Positions 1-10,385 of a DNA stretch of 64,000 bases are shown here, piece by piece. This DNA comes from Marispirochaeta sp. Lineage in GTDB: Bacteria; Spirochaetota; Spirochaetia; JC444; Marispirochaetaceae. The stretch's first letter is position 1. Each line of letters starts with the position of its first letter. The DNA is taken from the NCBI GenBank assembly GCA_963676835.2, contig CAXXFF010000002.1, forward strand, positions 832,001-896,000, read 5' to 3'. Made by a program: the position numbers and the translations under genes. The notes under the pieces are model-generated. The model ran no database searches. It saw only the letters and a program-made list of their open reading frames with translations, and had not been told where the DNA came from.

Positions 1-1
1 T

Positions 2-1408
2 ATTCCTGATGATGTAACTATTCAGGTGCTGACTCAGGCCCGGGAACACCTTATCCGCCGCACCTTTGAGAGCCTTAAAGGTGCCCCCAATGTAATCGTG
101 CATCTGTACAACTCGACCTCTCCCCTGCAGCGCAAGGTAACCTTTAAAATGGAGAAGGAGGAGATCAAGCAGATCGCCGTGGAGGGAGTCAAGCTTGTTA
201 AATCTCTCCTGCCCGAACTTGAAGGGCAGAATGTAAGGCTTGAATATTCTCCCGAGAGTTTCTCCGATACCGAAGAGGATTATGCTCTCGAAGTATGCGA
301 AGGGGTTATGGAGGAGTGGGGAACCACACCGGATAACAAGATTATTCTCAATCTCCCCAATACGGTGGAGTGGATCCCTGCCAACAAGCATGCCGATCAG
401 ATTGAGTATTTCTGCCGCAACCTTAAAAACCGGGATGCGGCCATTATAAGCCTGCATACCCACAATGACCGGGGCACCGGTGTAGCAGCCTGTGAGTTAG
501 GGGTTCTGGCCGGGGCAGACCGGGTTGAAGGAACCCTCTTCGGCAACGGTGAGAGAACAGGAAACCTGGATATCGTTACCATGGCTCTTAACCGGCTGGC
601 CGACGGTGTAGATCCGGGACTGGATTTCAGCGATCTTCCCCATGTAACCAAGGTATTTGAGCACTGTACACGTATGCGCATACCTCCCCGACACCCCTAT
701 GCCGGCGAGTTGGTATTTACCGCCTTCAGTGGTTCCCACCAGGATGCGATCAAGAAGGGTATGGATTTGCGGGGTGAGAATCCCGATGCTGATACCCCCT
801 GGATGGTCCCCTATCTGCATATCGATCCCCAGGATCTGGGCAGAACCTATGAATCCATTGTGCGGATCAACAGTCAGAGTGGTAAAGGCGGTGTGGCCTA
901 TGTTCTCTCCCGGGAGTACGGCTTCGAAATGCCCAAGAGCATGCATGTGGAAATGGGAAAAGCGGTACAGCTCAAGGCTGACAGCCTGGGGCGGGAGCTG
1001 ACCACCAATGAGATCTACGAAGAGTTCAACCGTGAATTCTTACGGAAGACCTCTCCTCTGGAGTTTATCAAGGCCTCCTACCAGTACAAGGAAGAGGCGG
1101 ATGAACGGCAGCTTCACAGCACGGTTGCCGTAAAGATGGAGGGCCGGGAAACCACAATTGAAGGAATCGGCAATGGTCCTATAAGTGCCTTTGTTCATGC
1201 CATGAACTCCCAGGGCTGGCAGGATTTCAAGCTGGTGGATTTTCATGAGCATTCAATCGGGCAGGGTGCGGAAACCGAGGCTATGGCCTATGTTCAGATT
1301 GAGCTTGCCGATGGCAGGCGTTTCTGGGGTGCCGCTATCGACAGCAATATTGACTACGCCGGAACCTGCGCGCTGGTAAGTGCCTTTAACCGCAGCAGAA
1401 AGGGCTGA
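2..1408 (+). CDS. leuA: 2-isopropylmalate synthase (5'-truncated by window edge)
   Basis: Frame open from base 2 (IPDDVTIQVLTQAR); motifs HLYNSTS, EYSPESF, HTHNDRG, GNGERTGN, AFSGSHQDAI, RINSQSGKGG; C-terminal regulatory domain with GNGPI. Confidence 0.95.
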   Translation: MPDDVTIQVLTQAREHLIRRTFESLKGAPNVIVHLYNSTSPLQRKVTFKMEKEEIKQIAVEGVKLVKSLLPELEGQNVRLEYSPESFSDTEEDYALEVCEGVMEEWGTTPDNKIILNLPNTVEWIPANKHADQIEYFCRNLKNRDAAIISLHTHNDRGTGVAACELGVLAGADRVEGTLFGNGERTGNLDIVTMALNRLADGVDPGLDFSDLPHVTKVFEHCTRMRIPPRHPYAGELVFTAFSGSHQDAIKKGMDLRGENPDADTPWMVPYLHIDPQDLGRTYESIVRINSQSGKGGVAYVLSREYGFEMPKSMHVEMGKAVQLKADSLGRELTTNEIYEEFNREFLRKTSPLEFIKASYQYKEEADERQLHSTVAVKMEGRETTIEGIGNGPISAFVHAMNSQGWQDFKLVDFHEHSIGQGAETEAMAYVQIELADGRRFWGAAIDSNIDYAGTCALVSAFNRSRKG

Positions 1409-1413
1409 TAATT

Positions 1414-2160
1414 TCAACTCTCCTCTGGGGTATAGCTGAAGCTGTACTCCAGAGGCTCTTCAAGGCTGAAAAAGCGGACCAGTGGAATTACGAAGGATGC
1501 TGTACGGGCGTCGATTCTGCTTCCCCCCTCCACATTCGACAGTCTACCTGCCACGGTAATCGAAAGCTCAATGGAAGCACTCAGGATCATCTCCTGAACT
1601 TCTTCTGCAGGGGCATACTCTGCAAAGGTCCAGCTGAGCAGCTCAATTAGCTCTGCTTCATCCCCTCCATCTTCGAATATTCCGGTAACCATTTGTGATA
1701 CAGGATCGTTTCCAAGGGGAACAATATCCATAACTGCTGCGACATTATCCCGGCTGATCGAAATGATCACCCTTTCTGTGTCGCCGCTGTGTTTGCTGCT
1801 GATTACCGGATTTCCTTTGGAGGCGGTTTCCGGGGGGAAAATTTTCTTAAGGTCATCAAAGGCGAGATAGAGGGTCAGAATGCGGGGATCTTCCTGTACC
1901 GCGCCAACCAGATTAAGGCCGGGGTCTGCACCGAATCCTGCGGTGAGGGCGGCAATATCAAAAAAGCTGGTTTCGTCGGTAACTTCAACCCCCTGCACCT
2001 GAGCAAGGTCTGCCAGGTAGCGGCGCAGGAGGGGGGCCATGCTTATTCTGCTGACCGCAGTTCCCTCCATGCCTGTGGCGAGGCCTATCTCGGTGGAGAC
2101 GGAACAGCCTGTTACTGTAAGCATAAAGATTAGTATCAGCAGGGAAAGTGCGTTTTTCAT
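1414..2160 (-). CDS. Hypothetical lipoprotein
   Basis: MKN + hydrophobic stretch + lipobox VTGC; 248-aa ORF filling the gap. Confidence 0.7.
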   Translation of the reverse strand: MKNALSLLILIFMLTVTGCSVSTEIGLATGMEGTAVSRISMAPLLRRYLADLAQVQGVEVTDETSFFDIAALTAGFGADPGLNLVGAVQEDPRILTLYLAFDDLKKIFPPETASKGNPVISSKHSGDTERVIISISRDNVAAVMDIVPLGNDPVSQMVTGIFEDGGDEAELIELLSWTFAEYAPAEEVQEMILSASIELSITVAGRLSNVEGGSRIDARTASFVIPLVRFFSLEEPLEYSFSYTPEES

Positions 2161-2208
2161 AGATCTATAGTCTATACCCTGAAATCAAGCTTATCCGGTT
2201 TCCAGGGA

Positions 2209-4296
2209 TTACAGGTCATCGGAAATACGGACTCCCGTAACCTCGGGGCCGTCAACCTTCTTCTCTTTTTTCCGGGGCTCTTTCCCTTTTTTTTCTGCCT
2301 TTAATGCTTTGGCTGCAGCTTTCTCTGCCTTTTTGTGCTCTTTTTCCTTTCTCTTTTTCTCTTTCTTCGCCGCTTTGCTCTCTTTCCCGGTATCACTTTT
2401 TTCCACTGCAGCTTCTTTCACTTCTGCCACGGGTGCTGAAGTCTCTTCCTCGTCGGTAACGAAGGCAGAAACCATGGTAGAGAGGTTCTGCATGCTCTCG
2501 CGGCTGCTTATGCCCGCATCGGTAAGTACATCCAGGGCGTGAATAATCTCCTCGCCGCCGGCGTCTATTTCACGGATGCCGTTGAGCACCTGGGATGAAA
2601 GCTGCTTTACCTCTTCAACACGGCTTGAGATCTGGGTCGATTCGTTGGCGATGGCTACAGAACTATCCTTCATGTCACTGGAAATGGTACGTACCTCGTT
2701 TGTACCGGTAACGACCTCGCTGGTTCCGTTGGCCATCTCTTCCATGGCCTGGGATATTCCGGTCAGCGCCCTTGAGGTATTGTCTACTTCCTTGTTTATC
2801 TCCTGGAAGGTGGCGAGGCTCTCCTGGGAGCTTTCGTCGGCTTCGGTGATTCTGGAGGTAATGGCCTTGAGGGAGCGGGTTACCATGCGGGCATTTTCCG
2901 TGGTGGATTCCGCCAGCTTGCGGATCTCTTCCGCAACCACCGCAAAGCCTTTTCCCGCCTCTCCGGCGTGGGCTGACTCAATTGCAGCGTTCATGCTGAG
3001 CATGTCGGTCTGCTCGGCAATGGAGTTGATAATATCGATGATTTCCAGGAGGCCTTCAATTTCGGTGGAAATCTGGCGGATGATGGAGTAGGTTGTCTCC
3101 ACCTTTTCGCTTCCCCGGGCGGTAACATTTACCAGGCCGTTTACGCCCTCCGCCCGTTCCTGGCTGATACGGGTAATATTCTGGATGGAGGCGGCCATCT
3201 CCTCTATGGCAGAGGATGACTGAATAACCGCCGTCGCCTGGCGGTCAATTCCCAGGTTCTGGGAGCTGATCAGGCTGGTTATTTCATTCACCGACCGGTC
3301 CACTGCATTTATAACAGTATCCAGCGAGGTGAACTGCCGTTCGATATTCTTGATATTGGCTGCAATTTCGGTCATTGCCGCGGAGGATTCGGCTGTTGCT
3401 GTGGAGAGCTCATCCTGCAGTTCCATTGCCTGAACCGAAGTTGTTTTTATTTCGTTGATTATCGACTTCAGGCTGCCGATTACGGCGTTGATATGACCCG
3501 CAAGGCGGCCGGTTTCATCCCGGGTTTTCAGCACTGTGCGTACCGTGAGGTTCCGATTGGAGACATCGCTCATAATCTGCTCAATATGCTTGATGCCCCT
3601 GGCCATTCTTCCGGAAAAGAGTATAACAAAAAAGGTGGCGAATACTCCGAGAATGATGATTCCCAGAAGAATAATCAGATGGATTCTTGAAGCTGTATCC
3701 GCAACGTTGGTCCCGATCAGCTGGGGAAGATTGGAGATTATTTTACTGAAGGCGTCGGCGGATATTTCTATTCCATTGATTTTTGTTTCAAACACAAAAG
3801 CGCTTTTAATCAGATTTTCCCTGTCCACACCGGGAAAGACCTCTCCGCTGTTCAGTGCCTGGCGCAGCTCCATGTAGTTTCGGGTAAGCAGTTCGTCGGT
3901 AAACTCTTTGTTCTTACTGTCTTCGAAAAAATCTTCTATTTCCTTGATGGAGCTGAAAGTCTGGCTGAAAAGCTGTTCCAGGTATTCCAGTTCTTCTGCG
4001 ATTTCCGGAACCTTGCGGAAGGTTTTTGCCTGCAGCAGGGTATTCAGCTCTTCCTGGAGATCCTCTTTTGCACCGATCCAATGAGTACGGAAATAGCTTG
4101 GTGTGTTTTTAATGGTTAAAAGTTTATTATTAACCAGAATAAAGCGGTTCCATGCAGAGAGAGTACTGGTTGCATACTGGCTTTCCGTTGAAAGCTTTGC
4201 AATTGTTCCGATGCTTGAAAGACCGTACTGGGTGAGTCCGGTAAAAAGCAGGAGAAGAAAGAGGAACCCTATTAATAATTTGGCGCGAATATTCAT
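2209..4296 (-). CDS. Methyl-accepting chemotaxis protein with Lys-rich C-terminal tail
   Basis: Two TM segments, HAMP (RDETGRLA), signalling core [38 protein letters not shown]; start moved to ATG 4296 behind AAGGAG. Confidence 0.93.
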   Translation of the reverse strand: MNIRAKLLIGFLFLLLLFTGLTQYGLSSIGTIAKLSTESQYATSTLSAWNRFILVNNKLLTIKNTPSYFRTHWIGAKEDLQEELNTLLQAKTFRKVPEIAEELEYLEQLFSQTFSSIKEIEDFFEDSKNKEFTDELLTRNYMELRQALNSGEVFPGVDRENLIKSAFVFETKINGIEISADAFSKIISNLPQLIGTNVADTASRIHLIILLGIIILGVFATFFVILFSGRMARGIKHIEQIMSDVSNRNLTVRTVLKTRDETGRLAGHINAVIGSLKSIINEIKTTSVQAMELQDELSTATAESSAAMTEIAANIKNIERQFTSLDTVINAVDRSVNEITSLISSQNLGIDRQATAVIQSSSAIEEMAASIQNITRISQERAEGVNGLVNVTARGSEKVETTYSIIRQISTEIEGLLEIIDIINSIAEQTDMLSMNAAIESAHAGEAGKGFAVVAEEIRKLAESTTENARMVTRSLKAITSRITEADESSQESLATFQEINKEVDNTSRALTGISQAMEEMANGTSEVVTGTNEVRTISSDMKDSSVAIANESTQISSRVEEVKQLSSQVLNGIREIDAGGEEIIHALDVLTDAGISSRESMQNLSTMVSAFVTDEEETSAPVAEVKEAAVEKSDTGKESKAAKKEKKRKEKEHKKAEKAAAKALKAEKKGKEPRKKEKKVDGPEVTGVRISDDL

Positions 4297-4378
4297 GTAG
4301 CTGTTACTCCTTGGACCGGGTACATAATACCATTGTTTCCCGGTTGCCCTCAACTCACTTTCGCCATAGAATGTCTCT

Positions 4379-5047
4379 ATGAACGTAATGTGGATTATTT
4401 GGCTTGTACCCTTAATTGTCGGCAGTTTTTCCGTTTTCTTTGCCCAGTGGCGCAGCGGAATTATGCTTCTTAAAATGATTACCACCGGCAGTATTCTTCT
4501 TTTTGTCATTATTGATCTTATGCTTCCAGGTGCCGGGCATGCTTCCCTGCTGTTTACCGCCGGAATTATCCTTGCTCTGGGCGCCTCAATGGTGGGAGAT
4601 TATTTCCTCTCCCTGGGAGACAGTACATTTATTACCGGCATCGGCGGTTTTCTCTTTGCCCACGCCGGATATCTGACGGCCTTCCTCTCTCTCGGGGGAT
4701 TCAGTTACACAGCCCTTGCTGTTGCCGGGGGGCTTCTTGCAGTCTACCTGCTCATTTTTCTTCGTCCCGGAATCGGCGAGAAAGTGCTGTTTTTTGCGGT
4801 AAGTGTATATGTGCTGATCAGTATTCTGGTTCTTTCTGCGGCTTTCGGCATTCAGGAAGGTCCGGGGATGGTGCGAACCCTGATGGTTGTGGCCGCGCTG
4901 TTGATAGCTTTTTCCGACAGCCTGATTGCCTGGGACAAGTTTATCCGGCCCATTCCGCTGGATCAGTTTTATATTCTTATGACCTATTATGTAGCCCAGA
5001 TAGCTGTGGGCTGCGGAGCCTGGATTCTTAACGGGAAAGTTCTTTAA
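4379..5047 (+). CDS. YhhN/lysoplasmalogenase family membrane protein
   Basis: Multi-TM; motifs [29 protein letters not shown]. Confidence 0.85.
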   Translation: MNVMWIIWLVPLIVGSFSVFFAQWRSGIMLLKMITTGSILLFVIIDLMLPGAGHASLLFTAGIILALGASMVGDYFLSLGDSTFITGIGGFLFAHAGYLTAFLSLGGFSYTALAVAGGLLAVYLLIFLRPGIGEKVLFFAVSVYVLISILVLSAAFGIQEGPGMVRTLMVVAALLIAFSDSLIAWDKFIRPIPLDQFYILMTYYVAQIAVGCGAWILNGKVL

Positions 5048-6707
5048 CTATACTCAGACATAGGTCGCCGAGATTCTCATAGTGGCGGACAATCTCCATA
5101 AAGAGCAGTTCGCCTTTTACATCTCCGCCGGATTTAATACTTTTTCTGGATATACGGTTAAGCTTTGAACGGTAGCTGTCAATTTCCTCTTCCATGGAGT
5201 TCGCAAGTTTCAGGTCTATATTTCCTTCCTGCTTCTCCAGCAGAGCTGCGATGTAACCCACAAAATCATGTACCGCAAAGGCAATCTGCATTATCTGGTT
5301 GTCCGCCTCTCCATGGATGCTGGCGCTTTTCTTGTCCAGCTTCTGTCCCAGCTTATGGATCTTCATGAGGGCTTCGCGCATTCGTTCCAGGTCGCTTAAT
5401 ACCCTCAGATGGGTGGCTATCCACTGAGACTGTTCCTCCGTCAGGGTCTGCAGGGCGCAGTCTGTCAGATGGGTATGGATTGCGCTGTCCATGCTGACTA
5501 TTTTTTCTGCACTGACGAGGATACGGCTGTTCAGTTCTACATCTGCGGAAAGGGGATCCAGGCTGTTCATAATGTAATCCGCCAGACTGGTAATCTCTCT
5601 TACCAGGGCAATTTCGGCACCCCTGGCATTGATGAGATTTGCGCCCCTGGCATTGGTTAGATTCTCCCTTACCCACGGGATGGAGACTCCACTTCCGGTT
5701 TTCACGGTTCTGTCGGGAATCATTATGGCTGTAATTTTTTCAATCTGAGGAATAAACCATACCAGCAGCATGGTATTGGCCACATTGAAGAGGGTATGAA
5801 AAGCGGCAAGCCTATAGAGTGCGGTCAGCTTGTCCTGCCGGGGGCCGGGTATAAGTATATCAATGACATGCAGTACCGGTGAAAGGAGTATAAACATCCA
5901 GATTACCCCGATCAGGTTGAAGAGAAAATGAGCCCGGGCGCAGCGTTTTGCATCAAGAGACATTTCGGTGGCGGCCAGATAGGCGGTAATGGTGGTTCCT
6001 ATATTTTCTCCAAGAATAATTGCGGCGGCAAGGGAAAAGGGGAGATCGCCGGTATAGACCAGGGTCAGGGTTATGGTCATTGCTGCACTGGAGGACTGAA
6101 CCGCCAGGGTCAGTATGGTTCCGATGAGTACAAAGACGGTACGGGCTGCAAGGCCGTCGTCGGGTAAGACAGTAAGCAGCCGGGGAATAAGGTGATACTC
6201 CTGAAGAACAGAGATTCCCACCTTCATTTCGTTCAGTCCAAGGAACAGCAGGCCGAATCCAAGCATAATCCGGCTTATCTGCCGGCGGGAGTCATTTTTG
6301 CTGAAGTGAAAGGGGAGACTGAAGGCAATTACCGGAAGGGCAAAGCTTGAAATACTGACGCTGAACCCGAGAAACGAAACAATCCATGCAGTAAAGGTTG
6401 TACCTATATTGGCGCCCATGATTACCGGGATGGAACGGGTAAGGCTCAGAAGTCCTGCATTGACCATGGATACAAGAATAACGGTTACTGCAGAGGATGA
6501 TTGAATCAGACCTGTCAGCCCGGTTCCGGTGATGATTCCTTTTGCAGGGGAGCTTGTCAGGCTACCCACCAGCTTGCGTGACCGTTCTCCTGCCTGGTTA
6601 TGTATACCCCTGCTCATGGTCTGCATCCCGAAAAGGAAGACACCAAGGCCGCCAAGAACTCTTAAGGTGGTTGTAAGAGGGCCGCCGGCGGAGAATAACC
6701 AGTTCAT
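5028..6707 (-). CDS. Na+/Pi cotransporter with C-terminal PhoU-like domain
   Basis: Twice-repeated QSSSA...G(A/E)NIGTT motifs; helical C-terminus (DLERM, YENLGD). Confidence 0.92.
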   Translation of the reverse strand: MNWLFSAGGPLTTTLRVLGGLGVFLFGMQTMSRGIHNQAGERSRKLVGSLTSSPAKGIITGTGLTGLIQSSSAVTVILVSMVNAGLLSLTRSIPVIMGANIGTTFTAWIVSFLGFSVSISSFALPVIAFSLPFHFSKNDSRRQISRIMLGFGLLFLGLNEMKVGISVLQEYHLIPRLLTVLPDDGLAARTVFVLIGTILTLAVQSSSAAMTITLTLVYTGDLPFSLAAAIILGENIGTTITAYLAATEMSLDAKRCARAHFLFNLIGVIWMFILLSPVLHVIDILIPGPRQDKLTALYRLAAFHTLFNVANTMLLVWFIPQIEKITAIMIPDRTVKTGSGVSIPWVRENLTNARGANLINARGAEIALVREITSLADYIMNSLDPLSADVELNSRILVSAEKIVSMDSAIHTHLTDCALQTLTEEQSQWIATHLRVLSDLERMREALMKIHKLGQKLDKKSASIHGEADNQIMQIAFAVHDFVGYIAALLEKQEGNIDLKLANSMEEEIDSYRSKLNRISRKSIKSGGDVKGELLFMEIVRHYENLGDLCLSIVKELSR

Positions 6708-6710
6708 TGT

Positions 6711-7367
6711 TTACATTGCTCCTATAAACCGGGTTTCGCCATGGCTTTTAAGAAACTCACCGAAGGTGGTCTCATATTTTCCCCGTTTCATGTCGCTTAT
6801 CCATTCGCCTTTGTAGCTGAACTTTATCATGCCCGAGAGATTGAGGTATTCTACGGCCGTATCTCTGCTGATTACATAGGGTGCCTTGTCCTCTCCCAGG
6901 AGAAAATAGTTGATTATGATGTTATGCGTACGGTGATTTCCCTCGATGAAAAGCTGGGGATGGCTGAGCGCCCGGGTATAATATCCCGCTGCAAGGCGGT
7001 AGGGTGAATGTTTTTTATGCTTTTTCCGGTACCAGTCAAAAATTGCCCGTATATTTGACTGAAATTTTGCCCTGGTTTCCTGCAGATGAGCATAGTATTC
7101 CAGTCTTTTCTGTTTATCCGTTCCACAAAGCACAATATGATTCAGCTCAAGCATATGGTAGAGCCCGGATGGGGAAAACAGATTGATTCCCTTTTTCCAG
7201 AGATGGTTGGCAAAATCGTAGGCTTCCAGCAGCTGGGAAACAATAAGGGGGGTAAAGTCCTCTCTGCTCATAATAAGAGTGGAGTTTATCTCTTCGAAGT
7301 GTCCGCGGAAGGTATGGAGTGCATCTTCTATCTCTTTCAGGTTGAATCCATTGCCGGTTTTCTTCAT
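6711..7367 (-). CDS. Fic/Doc-like protein with variant motif
   Basis: HPQLFIEGNHRT resembles HPFx(D/E)GNGRxxR; stops 3 nt before the Na/Pi gene start. Confidence 0.65.
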   Translation of the reverse strand: MKKTGNGFNLKEIEDALHTFRGHFEEINSTLIMSREDFTPLIVSQLLEAYDFANHLWKKGINLFSPSGLYHMLELNHIVLCGTDKQKRLEYYAHLQETRAKFQSNIRAIFDWYRKKHKKHSPYRLAAGYYTRALSHPQLFIEGNHRTHNIIINYFLLGEDKAPYVISRDTAVEYLNLSGMIKFSYKGEWISDMKRGKYETTFGEFLKSHGETRFIGAM

Positions 7368-7449
7368 GCCGTTCCTTTACAGAAGGGCAGCTCTAAAAAC
7401 TACTCTTTTCACCATATCCTTCGTTGTCAAGATTTCCCGCGGTCCTCCC

Positions 7450-7474
7450 CTGCACCAAAACAATTTTGGTGCAG
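7450..7474. repeat. Perfect 11-bp inverted repeat
   Basis: CTGCACCAAAA-CAA-TTTTGGTGCAG in the intergenic region. Confidence 0.8.
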
Positions 7475-7614
7475 AGTGCGGGCGCTGCAAAATCTATCCT
7501 TCTTGACTATGGCAGAAATACAACGTTTATAGAGATACCCTGGATGTAAATATCCTCATTTTACATGGTAACACGGGAGGATGCCTGAAGGGCTGAAGTT
7601 GTGTTAGAAATGTG

Positions 7615-9243
7615 TTAGATTGTACCGTTTGTAATGGAATTGATGACCCGTAACAGCTCTACTTCCTGAACAGGTTTGGTTATAACTGTTTTCAGTCCTT
7701 TGCTTATAAAGGAATCGATTTCGTCTTTGTGGGCATGAGCGGTAAGGGCCACAATTGGGAGATCTCTGTAGCGGTCTATGGCGTGAATTTCCATTGCCGC
7801 ATCAAGACCGCTCAGTTTGGGAAGGCTGATATCCATAAGAACCATATCCGGGGCGCTCTCTATGCAGCGCTCGATAGCCTGGTATCCGTTTACCGCTTCA
7901 ACAACATTATAACCTTTCTCTTTGAGTATGGTAGACAGATACAGCCTGTTTATAGCTTCGTCTTCGACAATAAGTACAGTTGTTTTTTTCTGCACCTGTT
8001 CCTCTGTCTCTGTCGTTCCGGTTTTCTTCAGGCATTGTTCAGCTTCACAGAATTTGTCCGGCAGGATTATGGTAAAAACCGAACCTTTTCCCATTACTGA
8101 TTCCACCTCGATGGATCCCCCCATCAGGCTTACAATCTCTTTTGTAATTGAGAGACCCAGTCCGACGCCTTGAAAACGCTTGGTATAGGGGTTTTCAAGT
8201 TGATGAAAACTGGTGAATATTTCGTCCAGCGCATCCGGAGCGATTCCTATGCCCTGATCGGATACCATCACCTTTAAGTTTTCGCCGTCTCTGACACTGA
8301 TCTCCACACTTCCCTCATCGGTATATTTGACCGCATTGGAAATAAGATTGGCCAGAACCTGAATAAAGCGGGTGCGGTCTCCTCGGTAGCCCTCAAGTTT
8401 AATATCCATGTCGCTGGAAACTTCCAATCCCTTGTTTTCAATCTGGTCATTGAAGAAAGAGAGAGTAAGTTCAACAGCTTCCTTTATATTAAAAATTTCA
8501 TCTGCTAAGCCCAGTTTACCTGCCTGGATATCATTGAAATCGATAAGGTCACGGATTATCTCATACAGATTCTGGGCGGATTCCTGAGCCATAGAGAGGA
8601 AGCCCTTGTCCTCCTCGTTCATGTCGATGGTTTCGAGGATGTTCAGCATACCCACCAGGCCGTTGAGGGGAGTGCGAAGTTCATGGCTGATATTTGCCAG
8701 AAACTCCTCTTTTACCTTGAGTGCATTATGGGCCCGTTCTTTTTCGGTCTCAATCTGTTTTTCTGTTTCAACTTTGTCCGTTTCATCATGAAGAAGCAGA
8801 TACAGAAGATTGTTGTCAATGCTGCCGGTAAAGCCGCCGGAGACTTCAAGGTCCCGTATCGCCCCGGTGGCCTTGCGGTGCTGTACCCTGAACAGATTTT
8901 TCCCCGAAGAGTTTATCTGATCAATATAGAACCGCCCGGTATCATCAAGCCCCGGATGAAGGTCCTGAAGCCGCATATTAAGGAGCTGATCCGCTTCGTA
9001 TTCGTAATAATCAACAGCTGCTTTGTTCGCGTGGATAATCCGGGAGGACGATGGGTCTATGAGGAGTATAAAAATACTGGTGCTGTCGAAGAGATTTTCG
9101 TAGGTGCTCTCCCGCTCAAGCAGTTCTCTGCGGGCTTCCTGTATCTTCACATGCAGCCGTCTATTGCAGATAAACAGAACCACTGCAACTACAATAACTG
9201 CTGATAGCGCGCACGTACCTAATGCGATCCCTGCCTGAACCAT
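7615..9243 (-). CDS. Hybrid sensor histidine kinase (TM-PAS-HisKA-HATPase-REC)
   Basis: H-box ANISHELRTPLNG, N-box NLISNAVKYT, DQGIGI, GVGLGL; receiver VEDE...LMDISLP...KP. Confidence 0.95.
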   Translation of the reverse strand: MVQAGIALGTCALSAVIVVAVVLFICNRRLHVKIQEARRELLERESTYENLFDSTSIFILLIDPSSSRIIHANKAAVDYYEYEADQLLNMRLQDLHPGLDDTGRFYIDQINSSGKNLFRVQHRKATGAIRDLEVSGGFTGSIDNNLLYLLLHDETDKVETEKQIETEKERAHNALKVKEEFLANISHELRTPLNGLVGMLNILETIDMNEEDKGFLSMAQESAQNLYEIIRDLIDFNDIQAGKLGLADEIFNIKEAVELTLSFFNDQIENKGLEVSSDMDIKLEGYRGDRTRFIQVLANLISNAVKYTDEGSVEISVRDGENLKVMVSDQGIGIAPDALDEIFTSFHQLENPYTKRFQGVGLGLSITKEIVSLMGGSIEVESVMGKGSVFTIILPDKFCEAEQCLKKTGTTETEEQVQKKTTVLIVEDEAINRLYLSTILKEKGYNVVEAVNGYQAIERCIESAPDMVLMDISLPKLSGLDAAMEIHAIDRYRDLPIVALTAHAHKDEIDSFISKGLKTVITKPVQEVELLRVINSITNGTI

Positions 9244-9363
9244 ATGCTAAGTGTAGGAAACGTGAGAAGCGGTTGCAAGGTATTCTATTATGATTTTTCT
9301 CTCTAATCTCCGTTTGACTGTGACTTGCCCGGTGTGTACCTTGTAGAGGCGAGGAGATTTCCG

Positions 9364-9810
9364 GTGTTTATACGTTTACTGCTTCTTTTTACCCTTCTGC
9401 CGCTGGCGGAGCTTTTTCTGCTGATTAAGATCGGTTCGGTGATGGGTGCCTTTGCTACGATACTACTGGTTCTGTTTACCGGGGCCCTGGGAGCGATTCT
9501 TGCCCGGCGTCAGGGATTTGGAGTGTGGATGCGCATTCAGGAGCGCCTTTCCCGGGGAGAGTTCCCCGGAGATGATCTCATTGACGGGCTGCTTGTGTTC
9601 GGCGCAGGAATGGTGCTGCTTACACCGGGAATTATAACCGATACCATAGGGTTTCTGCTGCTTGTTCCCGCCTCCCGGAGCTTTGCCCGGCAATGGCTGA
9701 AAAGCCGTTTCTCCGGCATGATCAGTCAGGGATCAAGCGGATTTTCAAGCGTCTTTTTCAGCTCCGGCAAAGGGCCTGAGAGGGATGTCACCGATTCCGG
9801 AAGTCTTTAG
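9364..9810 (+). CDS. fxsA: FxsA family membrane protein
   Basis: LPLAEL, GAILARRQG, LLTPGIITDTIG; GTG start behind GAGGAG. Confidence 0.9.
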   Translation: MFIRLLLLFTLLPLAELFLLIKIGSVMGAFATILLVLFTGALGAILARRQGFGVWMRIQERLSRGEFPGDDLIDGLLVFGAGMVLLTPGIITDTIGFLLLVPASRSFARQWLKSRFSGMISQGSSGFSSVFFSSGKGPERDVTDSGSL

Positions 9811-10385
9811 AGAACCAGGTTCTTTCCGGCATCTTCAGCCCTGCGGAGCAGTTCCGGAGCATTGCGGATGCTTCCTGCTTCAAAGAATCCCAGGGCTGCG
9901 ATACTGTCTTTAAGTTCCAGGCCGATATCCCTGCTGAAATCACTTAAAAGAGTAAGGGTGTTTCCCATCATTGACTCTTCATGCTGTTCACACACCGCGA
10001 GACTTACACAGAGTTTGCCTGAACCGGAGTACTTGCCTATCCATTCATGCCGGTTGGAGGGATACTGGATAAGGCTGTAGCTACGGTCGATAAAGCGTTT
10101 CATATCCGAGGTTACAGAGTACCAGTAAGTGGGGGATGCCAGAACTATTGCGTCTGCCATGTCTGCTTTGCCGATTATTTCTGCATAATCATCCCTGATT
10201 ACACAATCCCAGGACTTTCTGCATCCTTCACACCCGGTACAGGCCTGTAAGTTGAAATCACCTAGAAAGAGACTCTCTGTTTCAGTTTCCGGGGCGGCGG
10301 CAAGGGCCCCTGCGAAGAGTGCCTTCACCAGGTGTGCGGTGTTGCCGTTTTTGCGCCTGCTGCCGATTATTGCCGCTATTTTCAT
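9807..10385 (-). CDS. Flavodoxin-fold iron-sulfur flavoprotein (NADPH-FMN reductase family)
   Basis: GSRRKNGNT, CTGCEGC..C, ASPTYW, MKRFIDR. Confidence 0.88.
   Translation of the reverse strand: MKIAAIIGSRRKNGNTAHLVKALFAGALAAAPETETESLFLGDFNLQACTGCEGCRKSWDCVIRDDYAEIIGKADMADAIVLASPTYWYSVTSDMKRFIDRSYSLIQYPSNRHEWIGKYSGSGKLCVSLAVCEQHEESMMGNTLTLLSDFSRDIGLELKDSIAALGFFEAGSIRNAPELLRRAEDAGKNLVL

Noticed and set aside
4297..4509. N-terminal extension of the MCP in the ORF track
   Set aside because: Overlaps the divergent YhhN gene; a good RBS precedes ATG 4296
7086..7532. 148-aa plus-strand ORF
   Set aside because: Mostly antisense to the Fic-like gene and runs through the intergenic palindrome
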